Shown here in pieces: positions 38,579 through 50,815 of a DNA stretch of 64,000 nucleotides. The DNA lies in contig NW_027138407.1 in the NCBI RefSeq assembly GCF_035084215.1, forward strand, positions 1,054,001 through 1,118,000, written 5' to 3'. Below the pieces are notes generated by a model. The model was not told the origin of the DNA and made no database searches. It saw only the letters and a program-made list of their open reading frames with translations. The stretch is from Heptranchias perlo (Eukaryota). Made by a program: the position numbers and the translations under genes. The stretch's first letter is position 1, and each line of letters begins with the position of its first letter.

Positions 38579-38660
38579 AGTATTTGTACGGGTTCTTGTT
38601 ACTGTGGTACTACAGTGGGAGTCACTGTGCTGTACAGAGCGAGTTCCTCATACAAAAACC
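38579..38660 (+). other. DH1 segment (coding 38607-38622, GTACTACAGTGGGAGT) with 5' 12-RSS and 3' 22-RSS
   Basis: AGTATTTGT-12-TACTGTG | D | CACTGTG-22-ACAAAAACC; this 12/22 arrangement is typical of shark D1. Confidence 0.93.
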
Positions 38661-38962
38661 CCAGACATGGAGGCTGCTGAAACCAGCGATCACTGCAACA
38701 TTAACAGCAGTATAGTGAATGGAAGTTAAATATAGAGAATGAGTACAAGTAATAATGTAAAAAAATGCATGAAAACTTTCACCGACTGTTCAGATTTCAG
38801 TGGTATGTGAGGTCTGGACTGGCGCACTAACAGCCTTTCATCAATGTAATGGCTTTTTCATCTTCATACAGTGCATTAAGGCACTTTCCTGGGAATCTGA
38901 ATCGAGCTTTTGAAAGCTCTCTCCAATTTTCCATCTGCATTCCAAGACTAACCGTCCACGGG

Positions 38963-39028
38963 AGTATTTGACACGGTGTGTGTCACTGTGAACTGGATGG
39001 CACAGCCCTAACTGCCCAGACAGAAACC
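38963..39028 (+). other. DH2 segment (coding 38991-39000, AACTGGATGG) with 12/12 RSSs
   Basis: AGTATTTGA-12-CACTGTG | D | CACAGCC-12-ACAGAAACC. Confidence 0.93.
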
Positions 39029-39364
39029 CCTTCAGCAGTAATTGAGTCAGTCTGGGCCATTGCTCACCGGTAAAACCCCACTGTGCATTTGGTGACTTAA
39101 GTGTTTACATTGTTAACTAGCACTGAAGTCCTGGTAGGATTTACGTGAGAAAAAAGTTAGATAATTTTTCATGACTCAATGTGCAATTGGAAGAAACGTT
39201 CAACAATTACTGTGTACAGTAATCAGGATGAAATTACATTATGAGCAAGCAAATGCATCCACTAACAGACTTACAATACTTTAGAAATCCATTGTACACG
39301 TACTTTAGTGATGGGATGCCAATATTTAAAATAATGCCCCATTTTCTCGATTTTATGCAGAGCC

Positions 39365-39403
39365 CATTACTGTGTGACGCAGCCCAGGGAATGTAACACT
39401 GTG
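39365..39403 (-). other. JH 23-RSS
   Basis: CATTACTGT-23-CACTGTG; perfect heptamer, nonamer 5/9 to consensus. Confidence 0.85.
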
Positions 39404-39451
39404 ATGCGCTTGACTACTGGGGACAAGGGACCATGGTGATGGTGACTGCAG
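39404..39451 (+). CDS. IGHJ: JH segment, cluster 2
   Basis: Encodes ALDYWGQGTMVMVTA (WGxG motif) and ends at a phase-1 donor G|gtaaga compatible with Cmu1. Confidence 0.96.
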
Positions 39452-41224
39452 GTAAGAAACATCCATTCGCTGAATAACTGTGTTGTATTTCTATCTTTAT
39501 CTTATATTTCGCTTTATTTTAATAATTAATTATTTCAGTGATCCCGTGGAACTGGTGGCTTCTTTCTGAGATAGATTACAATGTTACTTTTGATTGTGCT
39601 TCAGAAGTTGACAGACTAAAGCAGCTGTTCCACGGTAAATGGTAGTTTGGGATTTAACGTCTGATTGATGTGGGTTCCTTTTGATCGGCTGCTGAGATTG
39701 TATGTGTGGGTTATTTTAAAATCTCCGGCCGATATTAATCTGCTTGGAGTTTCTACATTGTTTCATCTGGGTGACATCTGACTGCTGCAAGTTCTCGGTT
39801 ACAACGTGAAGAGGATGTCTTCAGAAATGTTTTATGCTCCGCCTAAACTCTGCAGACTAGTGACTGAATCCAACAACACTGAATAATCTAATTTTAGCTC
39901 TTGGATGTGTATCTGGTTCTTTTCAGGGCGTACTGCAATTCTTTAAATACTTTAGTAGAACATTAGCAATAGTCCGCGGTGATATAGAGAACTGGTTAAA
40001 ATAGCTCACTCCTAAATCCATCATGTGAAATACACTCTGCGACGAACCGGAATTTTGATTATATCGATATGTTGAGAGAAGTACAGAATTTACAATGGAA
40101 TAGGTCGAAAGCAGGACATTATTCGAAGTTAAAGATCATTTAAATTATTCAAATATGATTTGATTGAAGAAAAATAATATATTTGTCTGAATGTATTCAT
40201 CTATTATGATGTTCACTATTTTAATGTTGATAAAGTGTCATGTAAATTTAATTAAAACCCTAATATTGCACAAGTTACTAGGCAGAAACAACTTTAGAAT
40301 TGACATTAACTAATTTGAAAAATGCAGTATAACATCAGCGAATATGAATCTAACTTACAATATAATATTAGTGCTAATTGATTAAACATAAATGCCCTCC
40401 CACAATTGCGTTGTATACCGGTCAGGATTGAATTTACTGGAAAACCTCAAAGGTTGGAGGGAATTTTTAATTTTGTCTAAATTTAATTTAGAAAACAATG
40501 CACTCCTTATTTAGCTGTGCTCAGACCGATAAGGTGTCACCGCAGATTTATTGACTCCCTAGTGTTGTGTTTTGCCTTGATGATTTTATAGGTTATATTT
40601 AATTCCGAAATTATATAAAACCAGTTGGTAATCGGTTTTCAATGTCAATGTCTCCTCGTTTGTTAAATTCGTATTCTGTCACTGAGTCCCTGTTACGGGA
40701 AGTAAATTGCCCAGGAATGTGAATTATTTCTTATTTCTTGTTTTGAGAGAAACTCAATCTTACACGGTTTGCAAGATTGTAGTCAGAGAGGGGGAAGTTG
40801 TTGGAAGTCGAAGAGGGGTTTTCAATTTAATATCAGTTGAATTTCAAAGAACGTGGAGAGTTGACGTGGCCTGAAATTGACAAGAGATAAATTAGAAATC
40901 AAACAACTTCATTGAAATCGACAGATTGCACGGATCTATCGGTTGAGGGCACAATTGTTGCACCGTTTGTGTCTGTTCTGTTTTTGTGCGACTGCTTACT
41001 GTGTGAGAATCAGGAGAAATCTTGACAAGTTTCAAAACTTCTGGTTCGTTCTCCTGTATTTCAGGGAGTGCAGTTCGTCCCATTTATTTAATAAGCTTGT
41101 ATCTGTGCGAAATGCAAAAGCTTGACTTTAAGATTGAAGAGGCGCCTGAGAAATGAGATCAGAAACCCAACTTGTGCCATTCCGAAGGAGCACTTCAGAA
41201 ACACTACTGGCAGAGTGTAGAAGG

Positions 41225-42720
41225 AACATTAATCAGTTTCTAACCCATGCTGTAACTGCCATGGGAGTGTTTGATGGGACAGTGTGTGGGGTGCTTTACT
41301 CTGTATCTAACGCATGCTTTACCTGCCCTGGGAGTGTTTGCTGGGACAATGCAAAGGGAGCTTTACTCTGTAACTGACCCGTGCTGTACCTGCCCTGGGA
41401 GTGTTTGATGGGACAGCGTAGAGGGTGCTTTACTCTGTATCTAACGCATGCTTTACCTGCCCTGGGAGTGTTTGCTGGGACAATGCAGAGGGAGGTTTAC
41501 TCTGTATCTAACTCGTGCTGTACCTGTCCTGGGCGTGTTTGATGGGATAGTGTCGAGGGAGATTACTCTGTATCTAACCCGTGCTTTGCCTGCTGCGGTG
41601 GAGTTTGATGGGACATTGCAGCGGGAGTTTTACTCTGCATTCAACCCTTGCAATACCTGACCTGGAATATCTGACTGGACGGTGAAGCGGTTGCTTTACT
41701 CTATCTTATCTGTCCTGTATCCTACCTGAGAGTGTTTTGGACTCAATATTCAAGTCACCTTAGTCTGCATCTAACCAATTAAGGTGTGAGTGCTCGAGCC
41801 AGATAGATGAGAATAAATCGTTCTATTGACCCGATGAAACGACCACACATTAATTGATGTTGACTCAGAGTAAAGATCCCTCGACACTGTCCCATCAAAC
41901 TCACCTACAGCAGGTACAGCACGAGTTTGATACAAAGTAAAGCACCACACTGTGCATTTAAATTATGAAAATAACATTCAACCTCTTATCAGAACAGAGC
42001 AGACGCTGCTTTCTGGAGCGTTACAGTCACTTCCTCAAACGGTTTGTTCTGAAAGTGATAACAGGATCAGGCCAATCTCATTCAATAATTATCTGATACT
42101 CAAAATATTTAACCGTTATCACTTTATTGAAAATTGGGCAACCCGTGCTGTACCTGGCCTGGGAGTGTTTGGTGGGATAGGGTCGAGGGAGCTTTACTCC
42201 GTATTTAACTTGTCCTTCATAAGGACTTTGTGTTTCATGGGGCAAGGTCTCAATTGATTTATCCTGTACCTATCACTTCCATGGATGAGCTGGGGAGATT
42301 TAATGGAGCAGTGTAGAGGAAGGTTAACTATGTATCTAACTATGCTGTACCTATCCATGAAGAATTTGAAAGGACAGGTTATAGGAACATTTGTTCTATA
42401 TTCAACCTGTGCTGTACTTGAGCTGGGAATATTAGATGTGACAGCATGGACAAAGTTTTACTCTGTATCTAAACTGTTTATCATCTGACCTCGGTGTTTG
42501 ATAGGGCATTGTTGAGGGGGCTTTGTGCTGTACCTAACTTCTGCTGTATATGAGCTGTGATTATTTGATGGGACAATGCATGGAGAGTTTTATTCTGCAT
42601 CTAACTCTTGTTGAATCTAACCTGGAAGTGTAGCTTTAAACGGTGTCTAAGCCTTTCTATACCTGTCCCGGAGTTTCTGACAGTGCAGTGTAGCGGGTGC
42701 TTTACTCTCTATCTTATCTG
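41225..42720 (-). repeat. ~67-bp satellite in reverse orientation within the cluster 2 J-C intron, interrupted
   Basis: GTGCTGTACCTGCCCTGGGAGTGTTTGATGGGACAG...CTTTACTCTGTATCTAAC units are the reverse complement of the 61170-62250 array; one forward-oriented unit at 41866-41952. Confidence 0.85.
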
Positions 42721-44263
42721 TATTGTATCTGACCTGAGAGTGCTTTGTCCCGTAGTGTTGAAGGAACCTTAATCTGCATCAAACCAATAAATTGCGAGTG
42801 CTCGAACCAGATATATAAAAAAATCAATCGTTCCATTACCCCAATGAAAAAATCACACATTAATTGATTTTAATCATCTTTAGAAAAAATATCTGCCCTT
42901 TTTTAATGAAGTGATAATGTATAAATATTTTGAGTATCAAATAATTATTGAATGAGATTAGCCTGATACTGACGTCACTTTCGGATGGAACAGTTTCAGG
43001 AAGTGACTGAAACCCCAGCAGAAAGCAGCGCCTTTTCTGATCTGATGGGAGGCTGGAAGTTATTTTGACAATTTAAATGAAGAATATGGAGGCTCCCGTT
43101 CCAAGTAACCGTCATGAGAACATTATGTTTCAAACCATTATTTCGTTCAATTCTTTTTTAGAAAAAATAACGGGCTGGGACAAACTCGGGGGAGATTCAA
43201 TTATTGTATTGGGTCACAACACAAGACATACAGTCAGTGAACTGCACTTCTCTGAAACGTTAAAAGAGATACAGTCAGACTGCAGTGAGTCTTAATTCTC
43301 CAAAAGCTTTCAGTCAAATTCCTCAGAACCCTTTATGTTAAATATCCCCTTTCATTGTAACAAACAATAAAAATATATCAAAATTCTGAAGCGATTCCCT
43401 TCCATTAAATCGGGAAGAATTAATTTCGTGGAGTCGTGCAGACAGAGCTTTCGGTATTTGATCAATTAGCTTCGCGTGTTGTACGCACGTACCAGAAACG
43501 ATAGTTGTCCAAATCAACAGCAAGCACATTAATTTTGTTTTATTTTTCTTCCTTGCAAAGAACCCGCTGATATCCAATCAATTTATATTGTTTAAGCAAT
43601 GCCAATGTTAAATATTTATAGAAACAGCCTGTCCCAATGTACAAACATCAACAAGAAGTGACGAATCAGAAAGCAGTGCCTGTTCTCACTGGTCGGAAGG
43701 TACTTTGGAAAATGAAGTGGACCATTTAAAGAACTACTTTCCCATGAACCGGTTTTGTGAATCGTATTTAATTGGAATTATTAATTGAGTGGAGGCAGGA
43801 GGAAACTCAGGGTCAGACTGCAGAGGTAGTAATTTCAAAAAGCCGGTCGAATTTTTGGATTAAGGAAACTAACACAATCAGAACAGAAACAAGTGTTTCC
43901 CCGAAATGTTAATATCATGGAATGGTCATATTTTCTGTTAATAATAAGAGGCTGATAGCAAAAGTATGTAGGGAGGAGCTCAGTGGAAGTACTATGAAAG
44001 AATTAAATGTGAAAGTAGCTGTGGAATGAGGGGAGTCTTCCTTAACAGGAGATCAACAGGTGGAGGATGTCCACGATAAAATAGTCCAGCTTTCACTCGG
44101 TATAAAGAGACTTGATGGAGCGAATTCCCCTCTCAGATTCCGACAAGTGCTGATCAGCAAATAATGGAACTAGATTATCTGGTCGTCAAATTTCGAGTTG
44201 TTTGGTTATTTTATGAGCAGAGATTACAGAGTCTAACTTGTCTAATTCACCACTCTTCCCCAG

Positions 44264-44563
44264 TGACACCGTCTTCCCCCACCCTCTACGGCCTGTTCTC
44301 CTCCTGTGTACAATCCAACACCGACGGCTCCTTGACCTACGGCTGTTTGGCGATGGACTACAGCCCCGAAATCACCAACCTTTCCTGGAAGAAAGAGAAC
44401 CAACTGATCGCCACCGGAATAAAAACCTACCCGTCAGTGATCAACAAGAAGGGAACCTACACCCTGAGCAGCCAGTTAATGATCCCCGAGTCAGAGGTGG
44501 GGAGCAGCAAAATCTACTGCGAGGTTCAACAAGGCGGGTCGGACTGGAGCAAGGAAATGCCAG
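44264..44563 (+). CDS. IGHM: IgM Cmu1 exon, cluster 2
   Basis: cccag|TGACACC...CCAG|gttagt; 300 nt, open; paralogous to 3243-3539. Confidence 0.97.
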
Positions 44564-44654
44564 GTTAGTGTTGTGGGCTATAGGGGGAAAAATTAAAAAT
44601 CTGTGGAAAGCAGAGAAGTGATGTTAAATTTCTTTGGACCCTTGGTTAAACCGC

Positions 44655-45700
44655 ACTTGGAGTTCTGTGCACAGTTCTGGTGTCCGTATCACGCTTGGAG
44701 TTCTGTGCACAGTTCTGCTCTCCATATCATCGTTAAAGTACTGTGCACAGTTCTGGTCTCCATATCATGCTTGGAGTACTGTGTACAGTTCTGGTCTCCA
44801 TAACACACTTAGAGTTCTGTGCACAGTTCTGGTGTCCATATCACACTTAAAGCACTGTGCAAAGTTCTGGTCTCCGTATCACACTTAGAGCTATGTACAG
44901 TTCTGGTCTCCATATCACACTTGGAGATCTGTGCACAGTTCTGGTGTCCATATCACACTTGGAGTTCTGTGCACAGTTCTGCTCTCCATATCATCGTTAA
45001 AGTACTGTGCACAGTTCTGGTCTCCATATCATGCTTGGAGTACTGTGTACAGTTCTGGTCTCCATAACACACTTAGAGTTCTGTGCACAGTTCTGGTGTC
45101 CATATCACACATAGAGTTCTGTGCACAGTTCTGGTCTCCATATCACGCTTGGAGTTCTGTGCACAGTTCTGGTCTCCATATCACACTTGGAGTTCTGTGC
45201 ACAGTTCTGGTGTCCATATCACACTTGGAGTTCTGTGCACAGTTCTTCTCTCCATATCATACTTAAAGTACTGTGCACAGTTCTGGTCTCCATATTACGC
45301 TTGGAGCACTGTGCACAGTTCTGGTCTCCATATCACACTTAGAGTTCTGTGCACAGTTCTGGTATCCATATCACAATTAGAGTTCTGTGCACAGTTCTGG
45401 TCTCCATATCACGCTTGGAGTTCTGTGCACAGTTCTGGTCTCCATATCACGCTTGGAGTCACAACCATAGAACTATAGAAAAGATAAAGCACAGAATAGG
45501 GCCATTCATCCCATCGTGTCCGCACCGGCTCGAAAAACAACCAGGTGCCCTTTCTAATCCCACCTTCCAGCACCCGGTCCGGAACCATGCAGCTTACCAC
45601 ACTTTAGGTGCAGGTCCAGGTACATTTTAAAAGAGTTCTGTGCACAGTTCTGCTCTCCATTTCACACTTAATGTAATGTGCACAGTTCTGGTCTCCATGT
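44655..45700. repeat. 38-bp minisatellite derived from CR1 ORF2, about 21+2 copies, interrupted by a reverse LINE tail at 45461-45632
   Basis: Unit CACTTGGAGTTCTGTGCACAGTTCTGGTCTCCATATCA, which translates to HLEFCAQFWSPY. Confidence 0.95.
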
Positions 45701-46220
45701 TACAAAACGGCTAAAGAAGGACTTGAAAAGCTAGAATGAAAGATTGACAAGGATTATACCAGAACTGAGAGGTTATAACTATCAAGAAAGACTGAACAAG
45801 CTGGGGTTCTTTTCTTTAGAAAGAAGAGTGAGGGGTGACCTACCAGAAGTCTTTAAGATTATGAAAGGGTTTGATAGGATAGACGTAGAGTCGATGTTTT
45901 CCCTTGTGGGGGAAACCAAAACTAGGGTCCATAGATATAATAAAGTCACTCATAAATCCAGTAAGGAATTCAGGAGAAGCTTCTTTACGCAGAGAGTGGT
46001 TAGAACGTGGAACTCGCTACCACATGGAATGGTTGAGGTGAACAGCATAGATGCATTTAAGGGGAAGCTCGATAAATACATAAGGGAGAAAGGAATAGTA
46101 GGTTATGCTGATAGGGTGAGATGAAGTCGGGTGGGAGGAGACTCGTGTGCAGTATAAACACTGACATGGACCAGTTGCACCGAATGGCCTGTTTCTGTGC
46201 TGTAAACGTTATGTAATTCA
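45700..46220 (+). mobile_element. CR1 LINE 3' end
   Basis: ORF 45744-46124 has RLNKLGFFSLERR.RGDL.EVFKIMKG...FFTQRVV..WNSLP. Confidence 0.88.
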
Positions 46221-46306
46221 ATGGAAAAAAAAGTAAAACCGCTTTTCAGAAGTTAATTGTTTGGATTGCAAAATTAAAAATCCCAATAAAATATGTTCTT
46301 TTGAAG

Positions 46307-46615
46307 ATCGTGTGGTACATCATCCAACTCTTATCCTCACGGTGAGTTCCAGTGAAGAAATCACAAGCAGCAGAGCTGCAACTATCGTGTGTTCAATCAT
46401 CAAATTCCGTCCAAAGCCAATAACCGTGAATTGGCTGAAGAATGGACAACCCATGGATTCGGGGTTCGTCACCTCTCCCGCATATGAAGTGAACGGGAAC
46501 TTCTCGGCGACCAGTCGGTTGACTGTCCCCGCCGGGGAATGGTACCACGGCTTCACGTATACTTGCCAGGTCTCTCATCGAAAGTTCACCCAAAGCCAAA
46601 ACATCACCAAACCAG
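46307..46615 (+). CDS. IGHM: IgM Cmu2 exon, cluster 2
   Basis: ttgaag|ATCGT...CCAG|gtaag; 309 nt, open. Confidence 0.96.
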
Positions 46616-47498
46616 GTAAGAGGCACAACTCTCGGAAGATCCAGATCATTGTGAGCGCCGATTTCAACACAAGTTAAGAATCTTATCGGAGTTAATACAC
46701 AACACAGAACAACTTTTAATGTCCAATCCTGCAGTCTGCACTCCCTTCCAATTCAAAGAAGAAAAAGAAAGCCTTGCATTTATATAGCGCCTTTCGCATC
46801 CTCAGTACACCCCAAAGCGTTTTACAGACAATTAAGTACTTTTTGAAGGGTAGTCACTGTTGTAATGTAGGAAACGAGGAAGCCAATTTTCGCACAATAG
46901 GATCTCATAAGCAGCAATGTGATAATAACCGGACAATCTCTTTTGTAAGTTGATTGAGGGTTACATATTGGTGCAGGGCACTTGAGAGTACACCTCGCCC
47001 CAAAGACATCACCTCCAACAGTGCAGCGCTCTCTCAGTACTCCACGGGGAGTGCCACCTTGGATTTTGTGCTCACGTATCTGAGTTGAGACTTGAACCCA
47101 CAACCTTCCAACGCAGGGTTCCTCAAGTTTCCCGATTCCATGAAGCCAAAGAAGGTTTCCATCTGCTGTGATGTCAGGCAGTGCGTGAGGTGCAATTGGC
47201 CACAGGTTTATCCTGAGTTAACTGATCGTATTCCGAGCAGCAGAAGGTGTCTGGAACCCTTTACTGATAGCTATTCGGGGATCCCGTGCTTGAAAGGGCA
47301 TTTATTCTATGTAGAATACTACGTTCAGTTCTGGGTATCCCACCTCAGGAAGGATATATTGGCATCGGAAAGTGTGCAGCGCTGATTTACAAGAATGAAA
47401 CCGGGCTTAAATTGTTATATTATGAGGACACTCTGCATAGACTGGGCTTGATTTCTCTTGAGTACAGAAGATTGAGGAGTAAAGTAAGTGAGGTGTTT

Positions 47499-47943
47499 CA
47501 TAGAATCATAGAAGTTTACAACATGGAAACAGGCCCTTCGGCCCAACGTGTCCATGTCGCCCAGTTTATACCAGTAAGCTATTCCCAGTTGCCTGCACTT
47601 GGCCCATATCCCTCGATACCCATCTTACCCATGTAGCTCTCCAAATGCTTTTTAAAAGACAAAATTGTACCCGCCTCTACTACTGCCTCTGGCAGCTCGT
47701 TCCAGACACTCACCACCCTTTGAGTGAAAAAATTGCCAATCTGGACCCTTTTGTATCTCTCCCCTCTCACCTTAAATCTATGCCCCCTCGTTATAGACTC
47801 CCCTACCTTTGGGAAAAGATTTTGACTATCGACCTTATCTATGCCCTCATTATTTTATAGACTTCTATAAGATCACCCCTAAACCTCCTACTCTCCAGAG
47901 AAAAAAGTCTCAGTCTATCCAACCTCTCCCTATAAGTCAAACC
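47499..47943 (-). mobile_element. Young CR1 3' fragment nested in an older CR1 (47310-48290), cluster 2 only
   Basis: Near-identical to the reverse complement of 30870-31316; absent at the equivalent site of cluster 1 (about 5495). Confidence 0.92.
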
Positions 47944-49017
47944 AAGATGATTAAAGGAGTTGATTGGGTAGATAAAGAGAAACTCTTACCTCTGGTGGCG
48001 GAGTCCAGAACAGGGGGGCAGAAACCTAAAAATTAGAGCTAGGCCGTTCAGGATTGATGTCAGCAAAGATTTCTTCACACAAAGGGGAGTGAAAATCTGG
48101 AACTCTCTTCCCCTAAAAAGCTGTTGAGGCTGGGGTTAATTGATAACTTCAAAACTGATATTGATCGATTTTTGTGAGGTAAGGGTATTAAGGGATACAG
48201 AAACAAGGCGGGTAGATTGAGTTAAGATTGATCAGCCATGATCTCATTTAATGGCGGTATCGTCTCGAGGGGCTGAACAATCGTCGCTGTTGCTATATTC
48301 CTATTACTGCCCTGCTGTCATATTTCTTTCTGATTCTCTCTCTCCAGAATGACAGATGAGAAATGCTCACTTATGACATGTATGAGCAAACTACCCCATT
48401 ATAAACAGCATTACAAACGGCATTACAAACTATTGTCCACCATAAAAAGTCTCTTGGCACTTCATTCTCCCGACATTTCACTTCTCCTCTGACGGAGGCT
48501 GCGACTGATTCATTTTAATCGCCCCCAAAAATAGCAACAAGGCGCCAGAACGTGAACTTAGTTTCCAGTTGCACCTAAAATCCGGGATATAATTTTACAC
48601 TCGTTTTGAACCAGTGCAATTTGCATGCACAGCTGTTGAGCCTGGGGACGGAGCCATGGTCATCAGCGGAGATGCGTTGGGGCACAAGGATCGATGGGCG
48701 GGAGTAAAAGAACAAGGGGTTTTGGACATATCGTAATTCCATTCGTAGCAGGCTTACGCCCGAGTTTATTCAACTTATTGCGCCGGTATTTGCTTCACAG
48801 CCCATTGCAGGTGTCTCTAGGTACAAATAAACAGAAAATGTTAAGTCTCCCGGACTCGTTGCCAATTCGTTGTCCTTATAATAACGATGGTGTTTACATA
48901 ACGGGAAGAGGTTGATATCTCAAAGCTGATTTATTCTCCTTGAGAGATTGAGGCCTGAATACTGGTGTCCTGATTGTGAAGAAGAAGGTTTGCTTGACTT
49001 TCGTTACCGTTTCACAG

Positions 49018-49326
49018 ATCCTTCCTCATGTGATGGTCCAGTGATTACTATTCCGCAACCGTCACAAGAACAGGTCTTACTGGAGGCGACGGTGACATTA
49101 ACCTGCATCGTAACTGATGCTCCTTATGGAATCAACGTGACCTGGACTCGAGAAAAGCTGCCTTTGAAATCAGAGATTGCCACCCAACCCGGAAAGGATC
49201 CCGATAGCGTGATCAGCAAAATAAACATCTCGACACAAGACTGGCTGAGTGGGGAGAAGTTCTACTGCGTGGTGAGCCACCAGGATCTGCCGACTCCTGT
49301 AAGAGATTTCATCTGCAAGAAAAAAG
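49018..49326 (+). CDS. IGHM: IgM Cmu3 exon, cluster 2
   Basis: ttcacag|ATCC...AAAG|gtgagc; 309 nt, 2 nt different from cluster 1. Confidence 0.97.
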
Positions 49327-49384
49327 GTGAGCGGTGAGACTGTAGAATTAAGTGAGACGTTGTGACAATTGCCCAAGATTGTGC

Positions 49385-50815
49385 AAGAACCAATTCGTTC
49401 TGCCTAAGTCTTTTAATGGGCAAATCGAAAGCAGTAGGTGTAATATATTTGGATTTTCCAAAGGCCGTCGATAATGTGCCACCTTGTAGACTCGTGGCTA
49501 AGGTCAGAGTATATGGAGTAAGTGCACAGGTAGCAGAATGTATAGCATGTTGGCAACAAAACAGAAAACAGAGAGTGGTGTTTAAGGCTAGCTACTGAGA
49601 CTGGCAAAATGTGGGAAGTGCTGTTCCACAGAGACAACTGGTGCTGGGACCACTGTTGTTCACAATTTACATGAATGATTTGGAGTCGGGAATCGGAAGT
49701 ACAATTTCAAAATTTGCGGATCAGAAGAAATTGGCGAGTTAATGCAAAGGAAGAAAGCGTTAAAATGTAAGAAGACAAAAATAAATTTCCAGAATGGCCG
49801 TGGAATTGGCAAATGAATTTCAATATAGATAAATGTGAGGTGATGCATTTTGTTAGGAAGGATAAGGAGGCCACATATTGCTTGGATAATAAGAGTCTAA
49901 ATTGGGTAGAGGTGCAGAGGGATCTGGGGGTACACAAATCACTATAACTGGCCACGCAGGTTAATATGGCCCAAAAAAAGGAAAACCAAACAGTGCGGCT
50001 GATTTATTGATGGATGGAATCGAAAAGCAGAAAGGTTATGTTAAACTTGTGTAGAGCCTTGGATAGACCACACTTGTGATCTCCATGTTATAAAAAGGAC
50101 ATAGAGGCGTTGGAGAAGGTGAAAAAAAGATACCCAAGGAAGATATCAGAACTCAGAGGCCATACCAGGAAAGATTAAAGAAGCTGGGACTCCTTTCTCT
50201 GGAAAAGAGCAGCCTGTGGAGTAACCTGATGGAGGTCATTTAGATAATGAAAAGGTTTGATAGGCTAGACGTAGAGAAAATATTTGCACTTGGGGGGAAG
50301 TCCAAAACTGAAGATCGTCAATTTCAGATAGTCACTAATAAATCCAATCGGGAATTCAGGAGAAACTTTGTTACCCAAAGAGTGGTAAGTATGTGGAACA
50401 CTCTACCACAAGGAATAATTGAAGCAAATAGCATAGATACATTTAAGCGGAAGCTAGATAAGCACACGAATGAGAAAGGAATCGAAAGGAATACTGTTGG
50501 GAATCGATGAAGTACGGGTTGAGGAGGCCCGTGTGGAGCGTAAAGGCCGGCATGGACGACTTGGGACGAATGGCCTGTTTCTTTACTTCAGACTCAAAGT
50601 AACTCAATATAATTCAAATGGTAAACGGACAAAACAAATCCTCTGGGACATGAGCTTTTTAGGGGAAGCTAGATACGCATACGAGAGACAAAGAGGATAT
50701 GCTGATCGGGTGAGATGGCGAAGGGGTGAGAGGAGGCTCTTGCGGAGCATATACACCAGCATAGAAGATTTGGACCGAATGGCCTGTTTCTGGGCTGTAA
50801 ATTCTATGTAATTTT
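49385..50815 (+). mobile_element. Degenerate CR1 in the Cmu3-Cmu4 intron, cluster 2
   Basis: Paralogue of 6930-7878 that retains its 3' end (ORF 50247-50510 FRRNFVTQRVVSMWNTLP) and has a duplicated 3' UTR. Confidence 0.82.

Noticed and set aside
39206-39223. ATTACTGT-GT-ACAGTAAT palindrome between D2 and J as a third D segment
   Set aside because: No CAC-initiated 3' heptamer and no properly spaced nonamers.
38178-39403. Germline-joined VDJ, as in some shark clusters
   Set aside because: V, D1, D2 and J are separate, with all six RSSs and about 400-bp intervals.
44634-45630. Overlapping repetitive ORFs (HLEFCAQFWSPY, MHSSGVHITL) and CRISPR-like periodicity
   Set aside because: Head-to-tail 38-bp minisatellite without unique spacers, in a vertebrate intron; the ORFs are by-products.
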